Source: Edaphobacter aggregans
GTDB taxonomy: Bacteria > Acidobacteriota > Terriglobia > Terriglobales > Acidobacteriaceae
NCBI RefSeq assembly: GCF_003945235.1
Contig: NZ_RSDW01000001.1
Span: 1,440,001 to 1,472,000, forward strand
Direction of reading: 5' to 3'
Length of the DNA: 32,000 nucleotides
Below, one piece after another: positions 1 to 7,352 of this stretch. Within the stretch, counting starts at the first letter, position 1, and the number at the start of each line of letters is the position of its first letter. Made by a program: the position numbers and the translations under genes. The notes beneath the pieces were generated by a model, which ran no database searches, was not told where the DNA came from, and was given only the letters and a program-made list of their open reading frames with translations.

Positions 1-19
1 TAATGTTTCGCTAAAAGCG

Positions 20-41
20 GAACCCCGCCAGCGCGGGGTTC
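20..41. terminator. GC-rich stem-loop, candidate intrinsic terminator at the window edge
   Basis: gaaccccgc (20-28) / loop cagc / gcggggttc (33-41) is a perfect 9-bp stem. A taa sits at 1-3. On the minus strand the stem is followed by cgcTTTTag, so it could serve either direction. Confidence 0.4.
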
Positions 42-474
42 GTTTGGGCTTATGGTTTAATAAGTATAGCAAGTAGAGAGTAATTTCTTGGCAAGCGTAT
101 GTTGCTGATTATGTGATGGTTATACTGATAATGAGCTTGACAGGATTTTGCTGAGTCGCCTAATCGAGAAGCTCGTTTTACGGACATGTGCCATTCAGCC
201 GACACCAGCTCCGGGTGAGAGATGGCACTAGGAACGAAGGATTCTTGCCCACTTTGTTAGCGGGAGTCGTTCTGGCTCCCATCTCTTCCAGGAAGAGATC
301 GCCTCCGTGCCAACAATCGCCCTTCGGCCATAGGGCGAGCGTGGTCAGGAACGGCACTTTGGAAACCGCCGTCCATGCGTAGGTGTAATCCTGATCCTTG
401 AACGTGCGGCCCGGGATCTTTCTTTGATAGAAAAGATTGCTGGGGTTCGACGATTTTGTGCGACTATCCCACCC

Positions 475-1896
475 ATGGCTTTGCCCCAGTCCGAAGCAGC
501 AGCGGAGCTCGGTTCCCATGCGCTTTACCGGCGGCTGCGCCTGCGCGATCTCGTTCTGACACAGATTCTGTGCGTCGTCGGTAGTTCGTGGGTGGGGGTT
601 GCGGCTGGTCTCGGGCGCGCGCAAGCTGTGATGTGGATGGCTGCCATGCTGGTGTTTTATCTGCCTATGGCGGCGTCGGTCGTGTGCCTGAACCGTGAGA
701 TGCCGCTCGAAGGCGGACTTTACGTTTGGGCGAGGACGGCGTTTGGGGATCTGGGTGGCTTTATGACGGCGTGGAACATTTGGGTCTACGGAATCGTCAT
801 CACTGCCACTATTCTGTATGCCATTCCCTCTGAGCTTGCTTACCTGATCGGCCCTTCGGCTGCGTGGCTTCCTGATAGCCGGGTTGCTGCGCTCAGCATC
901 GTTGGGTTCATTGTTGTTGCTGTTACCGCTGCGGCGGTTCGAGGCCTTGAGCTTGGTAAGTGGATCCACAATGTCGGCGGACTCTCGATTCTTTTTGTCT
1001 ATGCGTCGCTGATTCTGCTTCCCGTGTGGGCGCTGTCGCGACACATGCATATTCATTGGGAGCCGCTGCAGCTGCAACTGCCGCAACTGAATCTATATTC
1101 GCTGGCGCTGTTCGGTCAGATGATTTTTGGGGCGCTGTGCGGGCTGGAGTACATTGCGATTCTCGCCGGGGAGAGTAGGTCGCCTGCACGGTCTATTGGC
1201 CAGTCGGTAATTATTTCATCGCCGATTATCTGCGCGATGTTCATTCTTGGGACCAGCTCTGTTGTTGCGTTCAGTCAGGGCAAGATTAATTTCATCGCTC
1301 CGATTCCTCAGACGCTGAGGTTGGCGCTGGGCGACCATGGGTTGGGGAATGTCTTCGCCATCGTTGCGATTATGCTGCTGCAGTTCCGGCTGATTGCGGC
1401 TGCGAGTTTCATCTTTACCGGAGTTACGCGGCTTCCGATGGCTGCGGGCTGGGACCACCTGATTCCGTCGTGGTTCACGCGGCTGCATCCTCGGTACCGA
1501 ACGCCGGTTAACTCTATTGTCTGCACGTGTGTGATTATCCTTCTGCTGCTTGTGCTGTCGAACGTTGGGGTTCATGCGCAGGAGGCGTTTCAGGTTTTGT
1601 CCAACGCGGGGATTACTCACTACGAGCTTGCTTATATGTCTATGTTTGCTATTCCTCTGGTGGCGGGCGGAACGCTTCGTGCGGCGCTGCCTCGGTGGCT
1701 CAGGTGGACTTCGATTGCTGGGCTTTGCGCGACGCTGTTCAGCTTCTTTATTTCGGCTTACCCGTTTGTCGAGGTGGTTGATCCGCGTGCGTATGCTGCG
1801 AAGATTCTTGGGACTACGTTGCTCAGTAACGCTCTGGGATATACCTTTTACCGTATTCGCCGGGACAGGCCGGTTGTCAGATCAGCTGACCACTAG
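475..1896 (+). CDS. APC-superfamily amino acid permease
   Basis: The ORF opens at TTG 424; the first ATG is at 475 (MALPQSE...). The start is uncertain and neither candidate has a clear SD. It is hydrophobic throughout, consistent with a polytopic membrane protein. The N-terminal 'LRLRDLVLTQILCVVGSSWVG' resembles the TM1 region of amino acid/polyamine/organocation permeases. Confidence 0.85.
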   Translation: MALPQSEAAAELGSHALYRRLRLRDLVLTQILCVVGSSWVGVAAGLGRAQAVMWMAAMLVFYLPMAASVVCLNREMPLEGGLYVWARTAFGDLGGFMTAWNIWVYGIVITATILYAIPSELAYLIGPSAAWLPDSRVAALSIVGFIVVAVTAAAVRGLELGKWIHNVGGLSILFVYASLILLPVWALSRHMHIHWEPLQLQLPQLNLYSLALFGQMIFGALCGLEYIAILAGESRSPARSIGQSVIISSPIICAMFILGTSSVVAFSQGKINFIAPIPQTLRLALGDHGLGNVFAIVAIMLLQFRLIAAASFIFTGVTRLPMAAGWDHLIPSWFTRLHPRYRTPVNSIVCTCVIILLLLVLSNVGVHAQEAFQVLSNAGITHYELAYMSMFAIPLVAGGTLRAALPRWLRWTSIAGLCATLFSFFISAYPFVEVVDPRAYAAKILGTTLLSNALGYTFYRIRRDRPVVRSADH

Positions 1897-3164
1897 GCCG
1901 ATTCTTTGGACCAGTCTTCGCCGCGGGCTTCGCGGCCGAGGGCGGTCACGGTGGCTACGGCGAGTGAGCCTATGACCACGGCTCCTGCCATGACGTAGGT
2001 GAGCATGCCGCCGAAGTATCGGGCGGCGATGGCTGCCTGGAAGACGCCGTTTCTGGAGGATATGAGGTTTCCGAGTTGATAGGCGAAGCCGGGAAAGACG
2101 GCACGGACTGGGCCAGGGGAGAGCTCGTTGATGTGAGCCGGGACGATGCCGAAGGCTCCCTGCACCATGAACTGCATGAGGAAGCCGCCTAGGGCCAGCG
2201 ACGCTATGGAATGGGACCAGGCCCACAGCGGGATGACGGGGAGCGCCATGAGGGCTGAGATGATGATCATGCGCTTGCGGCCGAAGCGTTCGGATGCCGT
2301 GCCGCAGGTGATGCCGCCGAGGATGGCTCCGATGTTGCTGATGACTACGATGAAGCCGACATTGCTGGGGTCGAGGGCATGGTCTTTCTGGAGGAAGGTC
2401 GGGTAGAGGTCCTGCGAGCCGTGGCTGAAGGAGTTGAAGGCGGTCATGAGAGCGACGAGGAAGAGGAACCGGGGCCAGTAGTCGGCGAAGGATTGGAAAC
2501 TGAAGGAGGAGCGATGGCTTCCTCCTTCGGCGAGGCGTTTGGCTTTGGCTGCTAGCCAGACCGGGGATTCTTCGACGCGGAACTGCATGTAGAAGGCGAG
2601 CAAGGCGGGCAGGGCTCCGATCATGAAGAGGACACGCCATGCGGTGAAGATGCCGGCCCCATGGAGATGCGGGAAGACAAGCCAGAAGAGAGCGCCGGCG
2701 AGGAGGTTGCCGAAGACGTAGCCTTCCTGAAGGAGGCCGGAGAAGGTGCCGCGGCCTGAGGCGGGCAGGGTTTCGAGAGCGAGAGCAGCAGCGACGCCCC
2801 AGACACCACCCATGGCGACGCCGAAGAGTGCACGCAAGACGAGGAAAGCGGTCAGCGTAGGAGCAAAGGCTGAGGCCAATCCGCAGATGGAGAAGGCCAG
2901 GACGTTGATCATCAGAGTGGGGCGTCGGCCAAAGCGCTCGGCGAGGTAGCCGAAGAGGAGGGCGCCGACGGGTCTCATGACAAGTGTGAAGAAGATGGCC
3001 TCGGCGATCTGGGGGATGCTGACGCGAAAGTCGGCCGCGATGGCTTTGAGGCAGACGGTGAGGAGGAAGAAGTCGAAGGCGTCGAGGGTCCAGGCCAGGA
3101 AGCAGGCGGCAAAGGTTCTTCTCTGGACCGCGGTGAGCGATCGGAGTTCACGCAACAAGGCCAT
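1893..3164 (-). CDS. MFS transporter
   Basis: 423 aa, hydrophobic throughout. 'GYLAERFGRRP' matches the MFS loop 2-3 signature (G-x-x-x-D/E-R-x-G-R-R/K). The N-terminus resembles sialate/organic-anion type MFS members. Its stop overlaps the permease stop within CTAG (1893-1896). Confidence 0.9.
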   Translation of the reverse strand: MALLRELRSLTAVQRRTFAACFLAWTLDAFDFFLLTVCLKAIAADFRVSIPQIAEAIFFTLVMRPVGALLFGYLAERFGRRPTLMINVLAFSICGLASAFAPTLTAFLVLRALFGVAMGGVWGVAAALALETLPASGRGTFSGLLQEGYVFGNLLAGALFWLVFPHLHGAGIFTAWRVLFMIGALPALLAFYMQFRVEESPVWLAAKAKRLAEGGSHRSSFSFQSFADYWPRFLFLVALMTAFNSFSHGSQDLYPTFLQKDHALDPSNVGFIVVISNIGAILGGITCGTASERFGRKRMIIISALMALPVIPLWAWSHSIASLALGGFLMQFMVQGAFGIVPAHINELSPGPVRAVFPGFAYQLGNLISSRNGVFQAAIAARYFGGMLTYVMAGAVVIGSLAVATVTALGREARGEDWSKESA

Positions 3165-3340
3165 ATGGTCGAGATGCTAGCATCTGCGTGGGGTGGGTTC
3201 CTACAGAATTACAAACCGGAGACAAATGGCCGGGATGGGCGAGGGCTTTTGCTGTTATAAGAGACTCATCGCATCGTTTGGCAGTCGAGCGCATCTGAAA
3301 TAAGTCACCATATTGCAGTAAGAAAGCACGAGGAATATAT

Positions 3341-3928
3341 ATGCGTAATAGATTCTTGTTGGCCCTGACGCTGGCCGGGCTGACGCTGGGCGTGGGCGCG
3401 AACGCACAAGCGCAAACTTCTACCTGGGCCATCGATCCGAATCACTCGAGCATTGGGTTCGAGATACGCCATATGGGCGTGAGCAACGTTCGAGGGTCCA
3501 TTGGCGGCGTCAAAGGGACCGTGACACTGAACGACAAGGACATGACGAAGTCGAGTGTGGAAGCGACGGTGGATACGACCACGGTTACGACCAACGTTGA
3601 TGCCCGCGATAAGCACCTGAAGTCACCAGATTTTTTCGATGTGGCAAAGTATCCGCAGATCACGTTCAAGTCGACATCGCTGACCAACAACGGCGGCAAG
3701 CTGCAGTTGACCGGCGATCTAACCCTGACGGGTACGACAAAGAGTGTGACGCTGGATCTCGATGGGCCTGCACCTCCGCAGACCGGCAAGGATGGCAAGA
3801 CTCGCAGCGGCTTTTCGGCGACAGGTATGCTGAAGCGGTCTGATTACACCTTCGGGCCGAAGTTCCCCAGCGCGATGGTTGGCGACGAGGTGAAGTTCAC
3901 GATCGACGTTGAGATCGACAAGCAGTAA
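3341..3928 (+). CDS. YceI-family periplasmic (polyisoprenoid-binding-like) protein
   Basis: Signal peptide MRNRFLLALTLAGLTLGVGANAQA. 'WAIDPNHSSIGFEIRHMGVSNVRG' and the C-terminal 'KRSDYTFG...GDEVKFTIDVE' are typical of the YceI-like domain. SD gaggaa lies upstream of the ATG. Confidence 0.9.
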   Translation: MRNRFLLALTLAGLTLGVGANAQAQTSTWAIDPNHSSIGFEIRHMGVSNVRGSIGGVKGTVTLNDKDMTKSSVEATVDTTTVTTNVDARDKHLKSPDFFDVAKYPQITFKSTSLTNNGGKLQLTGDLTLTGTTKSVTLDLDGPAPPQTGKDGKTRSGFSATGMLKRSDYTFGPKFPSAMVGDEVKFTIDVEIDKQ

Positions 3929-3951
3929 GCGACAAAGTTGCGCGCAATAAG

Positions 3952-3982
3952 AAGGGCCCGCCGGATCGCGGGCCCTTTTTCA
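3952..3982. terminator. Bidirectional intrinsic terminator between convergent yceI-like and response-regulator genes
   Basis: aagggcccgc (3952-3961) / loop cggatc / gcgggccctt (3968-3977) is a perfect 10-bp GC-rich stem. It is flanked by A-rich sequence upstream and a tttttcaattt run downstream. Confidence 0.7.
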
Positions 3983-4000
3983 ATTTCAGGAATGAATCTT

Positions 4001-4783
4001 CTACATCTTGGCGCGGAGGGGTTGGGTGGGTTCGGTCTGCGCCATGAGGTTGACCTCGGACTCGGGCAGATACTTCTTGAGCAGCTCGTGGTGGAGGCAG
4101 TAGAGAGCGAGCTCGAGACGGTCGGAGACGCCGAGCTTGTCATAGATCTTGCGCAGATAGTTCTTGATAACCTGCTCGGTGGTTCCGATCTGATAGGCGA
4201 TCTCTTTGTTCCGCATGCCGCGGGTGATGCAGCCGATGATGGCCAGCTCCTTTTTGGAGAGCTTGGGCTGGACGCGGGGATCGGTGAGGGTGGTGGCCTG
4301 CGAACGGTAGGCTTCGATAACCCAGTTGATGGACTGGTTGTCGATCCAGGTTTCGCCCTCAGAGATCTTGCGTACGCATTTGACGAGGAGATCGGGGGCG
4401 ATGGAACGGGGCACGACGCCACGGACGCCACGGCGATAGAGCTCGACCGTGTTTGACTCGTCAGACTCGGTGACCTGCACGATGAGTTTGGCTTCGGGGG
4501 CGCGGCGAACGAGTTCCGGGATGGCGTCGATGGTGCCGGCGATGAGTTGGCCTTCAAGGACGACGACGTCGGTGGGATAACGCTGGAGGGCGGCGTAGAG
4601 GTTGGCCAAGGTCTCGACTTGAGCGACGACACGTATATCGTCCTCGACGGCGAAGACTTTCTTCATCCCCACGCGATAGATCGCTTGCGAATCGGCCAGA
4701 ATCACCCGAACCCCGGCAGGAGAGCTACTTTCTTCCGGGGCTTCGTCATCGCTCCGAGTTTGGTCAAAATGTACAACCGTCAT
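4001..4783 (-). CDS. LuxR/NarL-family response regulator with atypical receiver domain (Glu at phospho-acceptor position)
   Basis: C-terminal LuxR-type HTH 'LSKKELAIIGCITRGMRNKEIAYQIGTTEQVIKNYLRKIYDKLGVSDRLELALY'. The N-terminal receiver-like domain begins 'RVILADSQ...'. The position normally D in 'DvvllDl' reads 'DVVVLEGQL' (E77), and the conserved Lys reads R126. Confidence 0.9.
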   Translation of the reverse strand: MTVVHFDQTRSDDEAPEESSSPAGVRVILADSQAIYRVGMKKVFAVEDDIRVVAQVETLANLYAALQRYPTDVVVLEGQLIAGTIDAIPELVRRAPEAKLIVQVTESDESNTVELYRRGVRGVVPRSIAPDLLVKCVRKISEGETWIDNQSINWVIEAYRSQATTLTDPRVQPKLSKKELAIIGCITRGMRNKEIAYQIGTTEQVIKNYLRKIYDKLGVSDRLELALYCLHHELLKKYLPESEVNLMAQTEPTQPLRAKM

Positions 4784-4787
4784 AAAG

Positions 4788-5144
4788 TCAAGCCTTTAGA
4801 AAATATTCGTCGATCACAGCGGCGGCTTTCTTTTTGCCATCCTGCAGATAATGGCGTACGACACGGCCGATACAGTGAATGGTTACGTCTGTTGCAGAGC
4901 CCATGACAGCCGAGGGCATGGCTATCGTGAACTCGATCCTGCTATCGATGTCGGGCAACCGGTCACTGACGAACAGCAGGCCGTTGGCCGATATGTTCTC
5001 TGTCACGGCGTCCAGTTCGCCCTGCTCGGTCTGGACGTGCAGTGCTAGCTGCATAGGAAAACGCACAGCAGTGCGAACTGGATTCTCTCCCTTAGGCTTT
5101 TGCCACTGGGCCACGCGTCCCTCCTCTTGCCAGCTGCTCTGCAT
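4788..5144 (-). CDS. PilZ domain protein (c-di-GMP binding)
   Basis: Canonical PilZ motifs RTAVR (RxxxR) and NISANG (D/NxSxxG) lie about 21 residues apart. The ORF opens at GTG 5180. ATG 5144 (MQSSWQ...) has an AAGGA upstream, so the start is uncertain. Its stop is 4 nt from the downstream regulator's start. Confidence 0.8.
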   Translation of the reverse strand: MQSSWQEEGRVAQWQKPKGENPVRTAVRFPMQLALHVQTEQGELDAVTENISANGLLFVSDRLPDIDSRIEFTIAMPSAVMGSATDVTIHCIGRVVRHYLQDGKKKAAAVIDEYFLKA

Positions 5145-5312
5145 TCGCGGACTTTTCCTTGTCCTATAAAGTGAACACACTGGAGTCTACAGTAGATGTC
5201 GTGGAATTCCAGAGATTTTTCGACGGATCGGCCTTCCAGGAGCCGTCAGGGGCCTCCAACCCACGGGGGCGACCTGGCAGTGGCGGCCCAACTCTCTGAA
5301 AGGACTCGCCTA

Positions 5313-5341
5313 TTGCGAAAATGGGTGATTTCCGCCATACT
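5313..5341 (+). promoter_or_regulatory. Candidate sigma70-type promoter for rpsP cluster
   Basis: TTGCGA (5313-5318), a 17-nt spacer, then CATACT (5336-5341), about 95 nt upstream of rpsP. This is a pattern match only. Confidence 0.25.
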
Positions 5342-5438
5342 TAGGTGTTGGGTTGTGTATTCCGCCAGCTGTAAGAGAAATGGGCCTTGGCGGCATCGTC
5401 ACCTCACCCAAAAATCAAAGTTTTGAAAGGCATTCCCA

Positions 5439-5696
5439 GTGTTGATGATCCGTTTGGCGCGTGTTGGAGCGCGCAAGCAGCCCCACTACCGCATCGTTGT
5501 TATTGAAAAGGACCGCGCGCGCAACGGCCGTTCGGTTGAAGTTGTGGGCACGTACAATCCTCGCACGAACCCCGCGACGGTCGACCTGAAGCGTGACCGT
5601 ATCGCCTATTGGACCGGTAACGGAGCCCAGCTGTCGGATCGCGTCGAGAAGCTTCTGGCCGCAGCTCCAAAGGCCGAAGTGGCTCCCGCGGCCTAA
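5439..5696 (+). CDS. rpsP: 30S ribosomal protein S16
   Basis: 'MIRLARVGARKQPHYRIVVIEKDRARNGRSVEVVGTYNP' is an unmistakable S16 N-terminus. GTG 5439 sits 8 nt after gaaagg; ATG 5445 is an alternative start. Confidence 0.95.
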   Translation: MLMIRLARVGARKQPHYRIVVIEKDRARNGRSVEVVGTYNPRTNPATVDLKRDRIAYWTGNGAQLSDRVEKLLAAAPKAEVAPAA

Positions 5697-5711
5697 GGTC
5701 ACTGAGGTAAC

Positions 5712-5750
5712 GCAATCTTTGGGAATATCAAAACGGTTCCCAAAGATTGC
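5712..5750 (+). terminator. Perfect 14-bp stem-loop just after rpsP (attenuator, processing or stabiliser hairpin; no U-tract)
   Basis: gcaatctttgggaa (5712-5725) / loop tatcaaaacgg / ttcccaaagattgc (5737-5750) is an exact reverse complement. It begins 16 nt after the rpsP stop. Confidence 0.5.
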
Positions 5751-5980
5751 TAACGTTGTAGATTCCATTCTCGCATTCGACAACCTGCTCACGTACACTT
5801 CTGGATATCGCTTCACCGGGTTTTCCGGTGGGCGAGTGGTCAACGCTTTGGGTACTGCCCAGGCTGTTATCCATGAACCGATGCTTCACCCGTTTCAATG
5901 CATTTCCTGGAAGATCTCGCGACAAAGACGAGGCGAAGGGTTTGGCATGAGCGTCGCATCGTGACTCCCAGGAGGTATAT

Positions 5981-6286
5981 GTGATGGCCGAGGCCACACA
6001 GCAGGCAGCAGGGGATAACTCTGCTACGAATATGAAGGATCTCGTCTACGAGATTGCATGTGCTTTGGTGGACCACCCTGAGAGTGTCTCCGTGGAGGCA
6101 TTCCCCGATGGTGAAGCTACCGTACTACGACTGCGCGTTGCTCCGTCTGATGTAGGCAAGGTGATCGGTAAGCAGGGCCGCACGGCGCGCTCGCTGCGTA
6201 CGATCCTGAGCGCGGCCAGCATGAAGCAGCGGCATCGCTTTTCGCTGGACATCGTGGAAGAGGGTGGCACGCCTACTCATCCATGA
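5981..6286 (+). CDS. KH-domain RNA-binding protein (YlqC/UPF0109 family)
   Basis: 'VGKVIGKQGRTARSLRTIL' carries the KH GxxG loop, and the size and position between rpsP and rimM are typical. A strong SD aggagg (5968-5973) precedes GTG 5981 / ATG 5984. Confidence 0.9.
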   Translation: MMAEATQQAAGDNSATNMKDLVYEIACALVDHPESVSVEAFPDGEATVLRLRVAPSDVGKVIGKQGRTARSLRTILSAASMKQRHRFSLDIVEEGGTPTHP

Positions 6287-6344
6287 TCCGGCTTTCGCAG
6301 CTTGCCGCGAGGCTCGATGGTCATGGTTCCGGTGAAATCTGCGC

Positions 6345-7004
6345 ATGACGAATAGCGATCCATCATGGGTTGTGCTGGCGCATCTGCTTCGACCGCAGGG
6401 CCGTAAGGGCGAGTTGCTGGCGGAACTGCTGACCGACTTTCCTGAACGCTTCGAGGATCGGAAGCAGGTGTTTCTTGCGCCTGAGGGGTTTAGCGGGGAG
6501 GCTTCGGCTGCGCGTGCGGCGGAGGTAATCGCGTTCTGGCTCCCGGTGGGCAAGAATGTGGGGCGAATCGTGCTGCAGTTTGCGGGAATCGACTCGATCT
6601 CTGCGGCCGAGGGGCTGGAAGGGTTCGATGTGATCGTTCCGTTTGAGGAGCGGCAGCCCCTGGATGAGGAATCGTCCTATATCAGCGACTTGATCGGGTG
6701 CACACTCTACGACGGCGCGACTCCGATTGGGGTGATCGACGATGTTCAGTTCCCTTCTACGCCTGACGGCAGCCGGAAACTTGAGGATGCAGCGCCGCTG
6801 CTTGCAGTGAGGGCGACCGATGGGGATGAGATTCTTGTTCCCTTTGCGAAAGCGTTTCTGGTTGGGGTGGATACGAAGGCGAAGCGGGTGGATATGGTGC
6901 TGCCGGTTGGATTGGTGGATGTGAACCGGGCTTTGGGTTCGGAGGGTCCGGACGGGTCAGAAGCGGTAGGCGACCCCGACGGTGAGGATGGGGTAGACGG
7001 TTAG
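6345..7004 (+). CDS. rimM: 16S rRNA processing protein RimM
   Basis: 'VVLAHLLRPQGRKGELLAELLTDFPERF' is the RimM N-domain, and the PRC-barrel-like C-domain ends '...KAKRVDMVLPVGLVDVN'. It is followed by an acidic Gly/Asp tail of about 22 aa that overlaps the antisense ORF at 6957-7223. Confidence 0.9.
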   Translation: MTNSDPSWVVLAHLLRPQGRKGELLAELLTDFPERFEDRKQVFLAPEGFSGEASAARAAEVIAFWLPVGKNVGRIVLQFAGIDSISAAEGLEGFDVIVPFEERQPLDEESSYISDLIGCTLYDGATPIGVIDDVQFPSTPDGSRKLEDAAPLLAVRATDGDEILVPFAKAFLVGVDTKAKRVDMVLPVGLVDVNRALGSEGPDGSEAVGDPDGEDGVDG

Positions 7005-7223
7005 TTTCGCCAGATTACTGTTCAGTCTGGCAATCTCGGCCTTGAGGTTTAGTTGGGTTGTCGGGTCGATTGCGGCGTCGAAGCAGCCCTCGGTTGTGCA
7101 GGCGGTTCCGTGAAGTTCGACGTTCATGTGAGGCTGGCCTGTGAAGGCGGCACCGAACTCGATGGGGATGATGATGTGCTGGCCGGTGCGTGGAATCAGG
7201 TTTCCGGAACCCGCAGTGAGCAT
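6957..7223 (-). CDS. Hypothetical small protein (88 aa), antisense between rimM and trmD
   Basis: ATG start with an in-frame stop 22 codons upstream. By my count 66 of 88 third codon positions are G/C, and 51 of those are C, which is strongly coding-like. No family recognised. The C-terminus is '...VGVAYRF'. No SD or signal peptide is evident. Confidence 0.5.
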   Translation of the reverse strand: MLTAGSGNLIPRTGQHIIIPIEFGAAFTGQPHMNVELHGTACTTEGCFDAAIDPTTQLNLKAEIARLNSNLAKLTVYPILTVGVAYRF

Positions 7224-7352
7224 TGGGGACTCATAAAATGGTAGAGCAGATGGCCCGGTGGATGAATGCCACTGGTCTACAACTTCTCAGTGATATGTCG
7301 CGACCCGGTTATCTAGCGGATCAAGCATCTCTGAACGGATTATCTTCAACGT

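Noticed and set aside
61-70. The 10-mer taagtatagc occurs at 61-70 and again at 10303-10312, each time just after a terminator-like hairpin. I considered it as possible repeat or att-like boundaries.
   Set aside because: The flanks do not extend the match. A single shared 10-mer between two regions of about 400 bp is not improbable (order 0.1-0.3). The 10 kb between them is core housekeeping DNA with no integrase.
200-330. Glycine-riboswitch-like or T-box-like fragments upstream of the amino acid permease (ggtgagaga, aacgaagga, ctcttccaggaagaga).
   Set aside because: The pieces do not assemble into the required P1 pairing or conserved cores (GGAGAG...CCGAAGG.GCAA...CUCAGGCAAAAGGAC for glycine, GGGTGG.ACCGCG for T-box).
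178-1086. Long antisense or out-of-frame ORFs overlapping recognised genes. Examples: 178-1086, 1882-2640, 3844-4632, 7569-8033, 8558-9352, 11325-11972, 14980-15738, 24442-25395, 25426-26625, 28506-29354, 30102-30899.
   Set aside because: Their translations are Arg/Pro/Ser/His-rich low-complexity sequence, typical of shadow frames in GC-rich DNA. Each overlaps a gene with clear family motifs on the other strand or in another frame.
1893-1896. Convergent permease and MFS genes share overlapping stop codons within the palindrome CTAG.
   Set aside because: This is a real but trivial consequence of tight convergent packing. There is no evidence of function.
3172-3185. Perfect 14-nt palindrome agatgctagcatct, 8 nt upstream of the MFS transporter start codon.
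   Set aside because: A 7-bp-half-site perfect palindrome is expected about twice by chance in 32 kb (32000/4^7). With no second copy or supporting context I cannot call it an operator.
5196-5426. 76-aa plus-strand ORF in the PilZ/rpsP divergent intergenic region.
   Set aside because: R/S/P-rich translation, no SD, no recognisable motif. The region more plausibly holds the divergent promoters.
5728-5997. 89-aa minus-strand ORF inside the rpsP-KH spacer.
   Set aside because: It lies in lower-GC sequence without the C-ending codon bias seen in real genes here. It overlaps the KH gene's SD and start, and I recognise no family.
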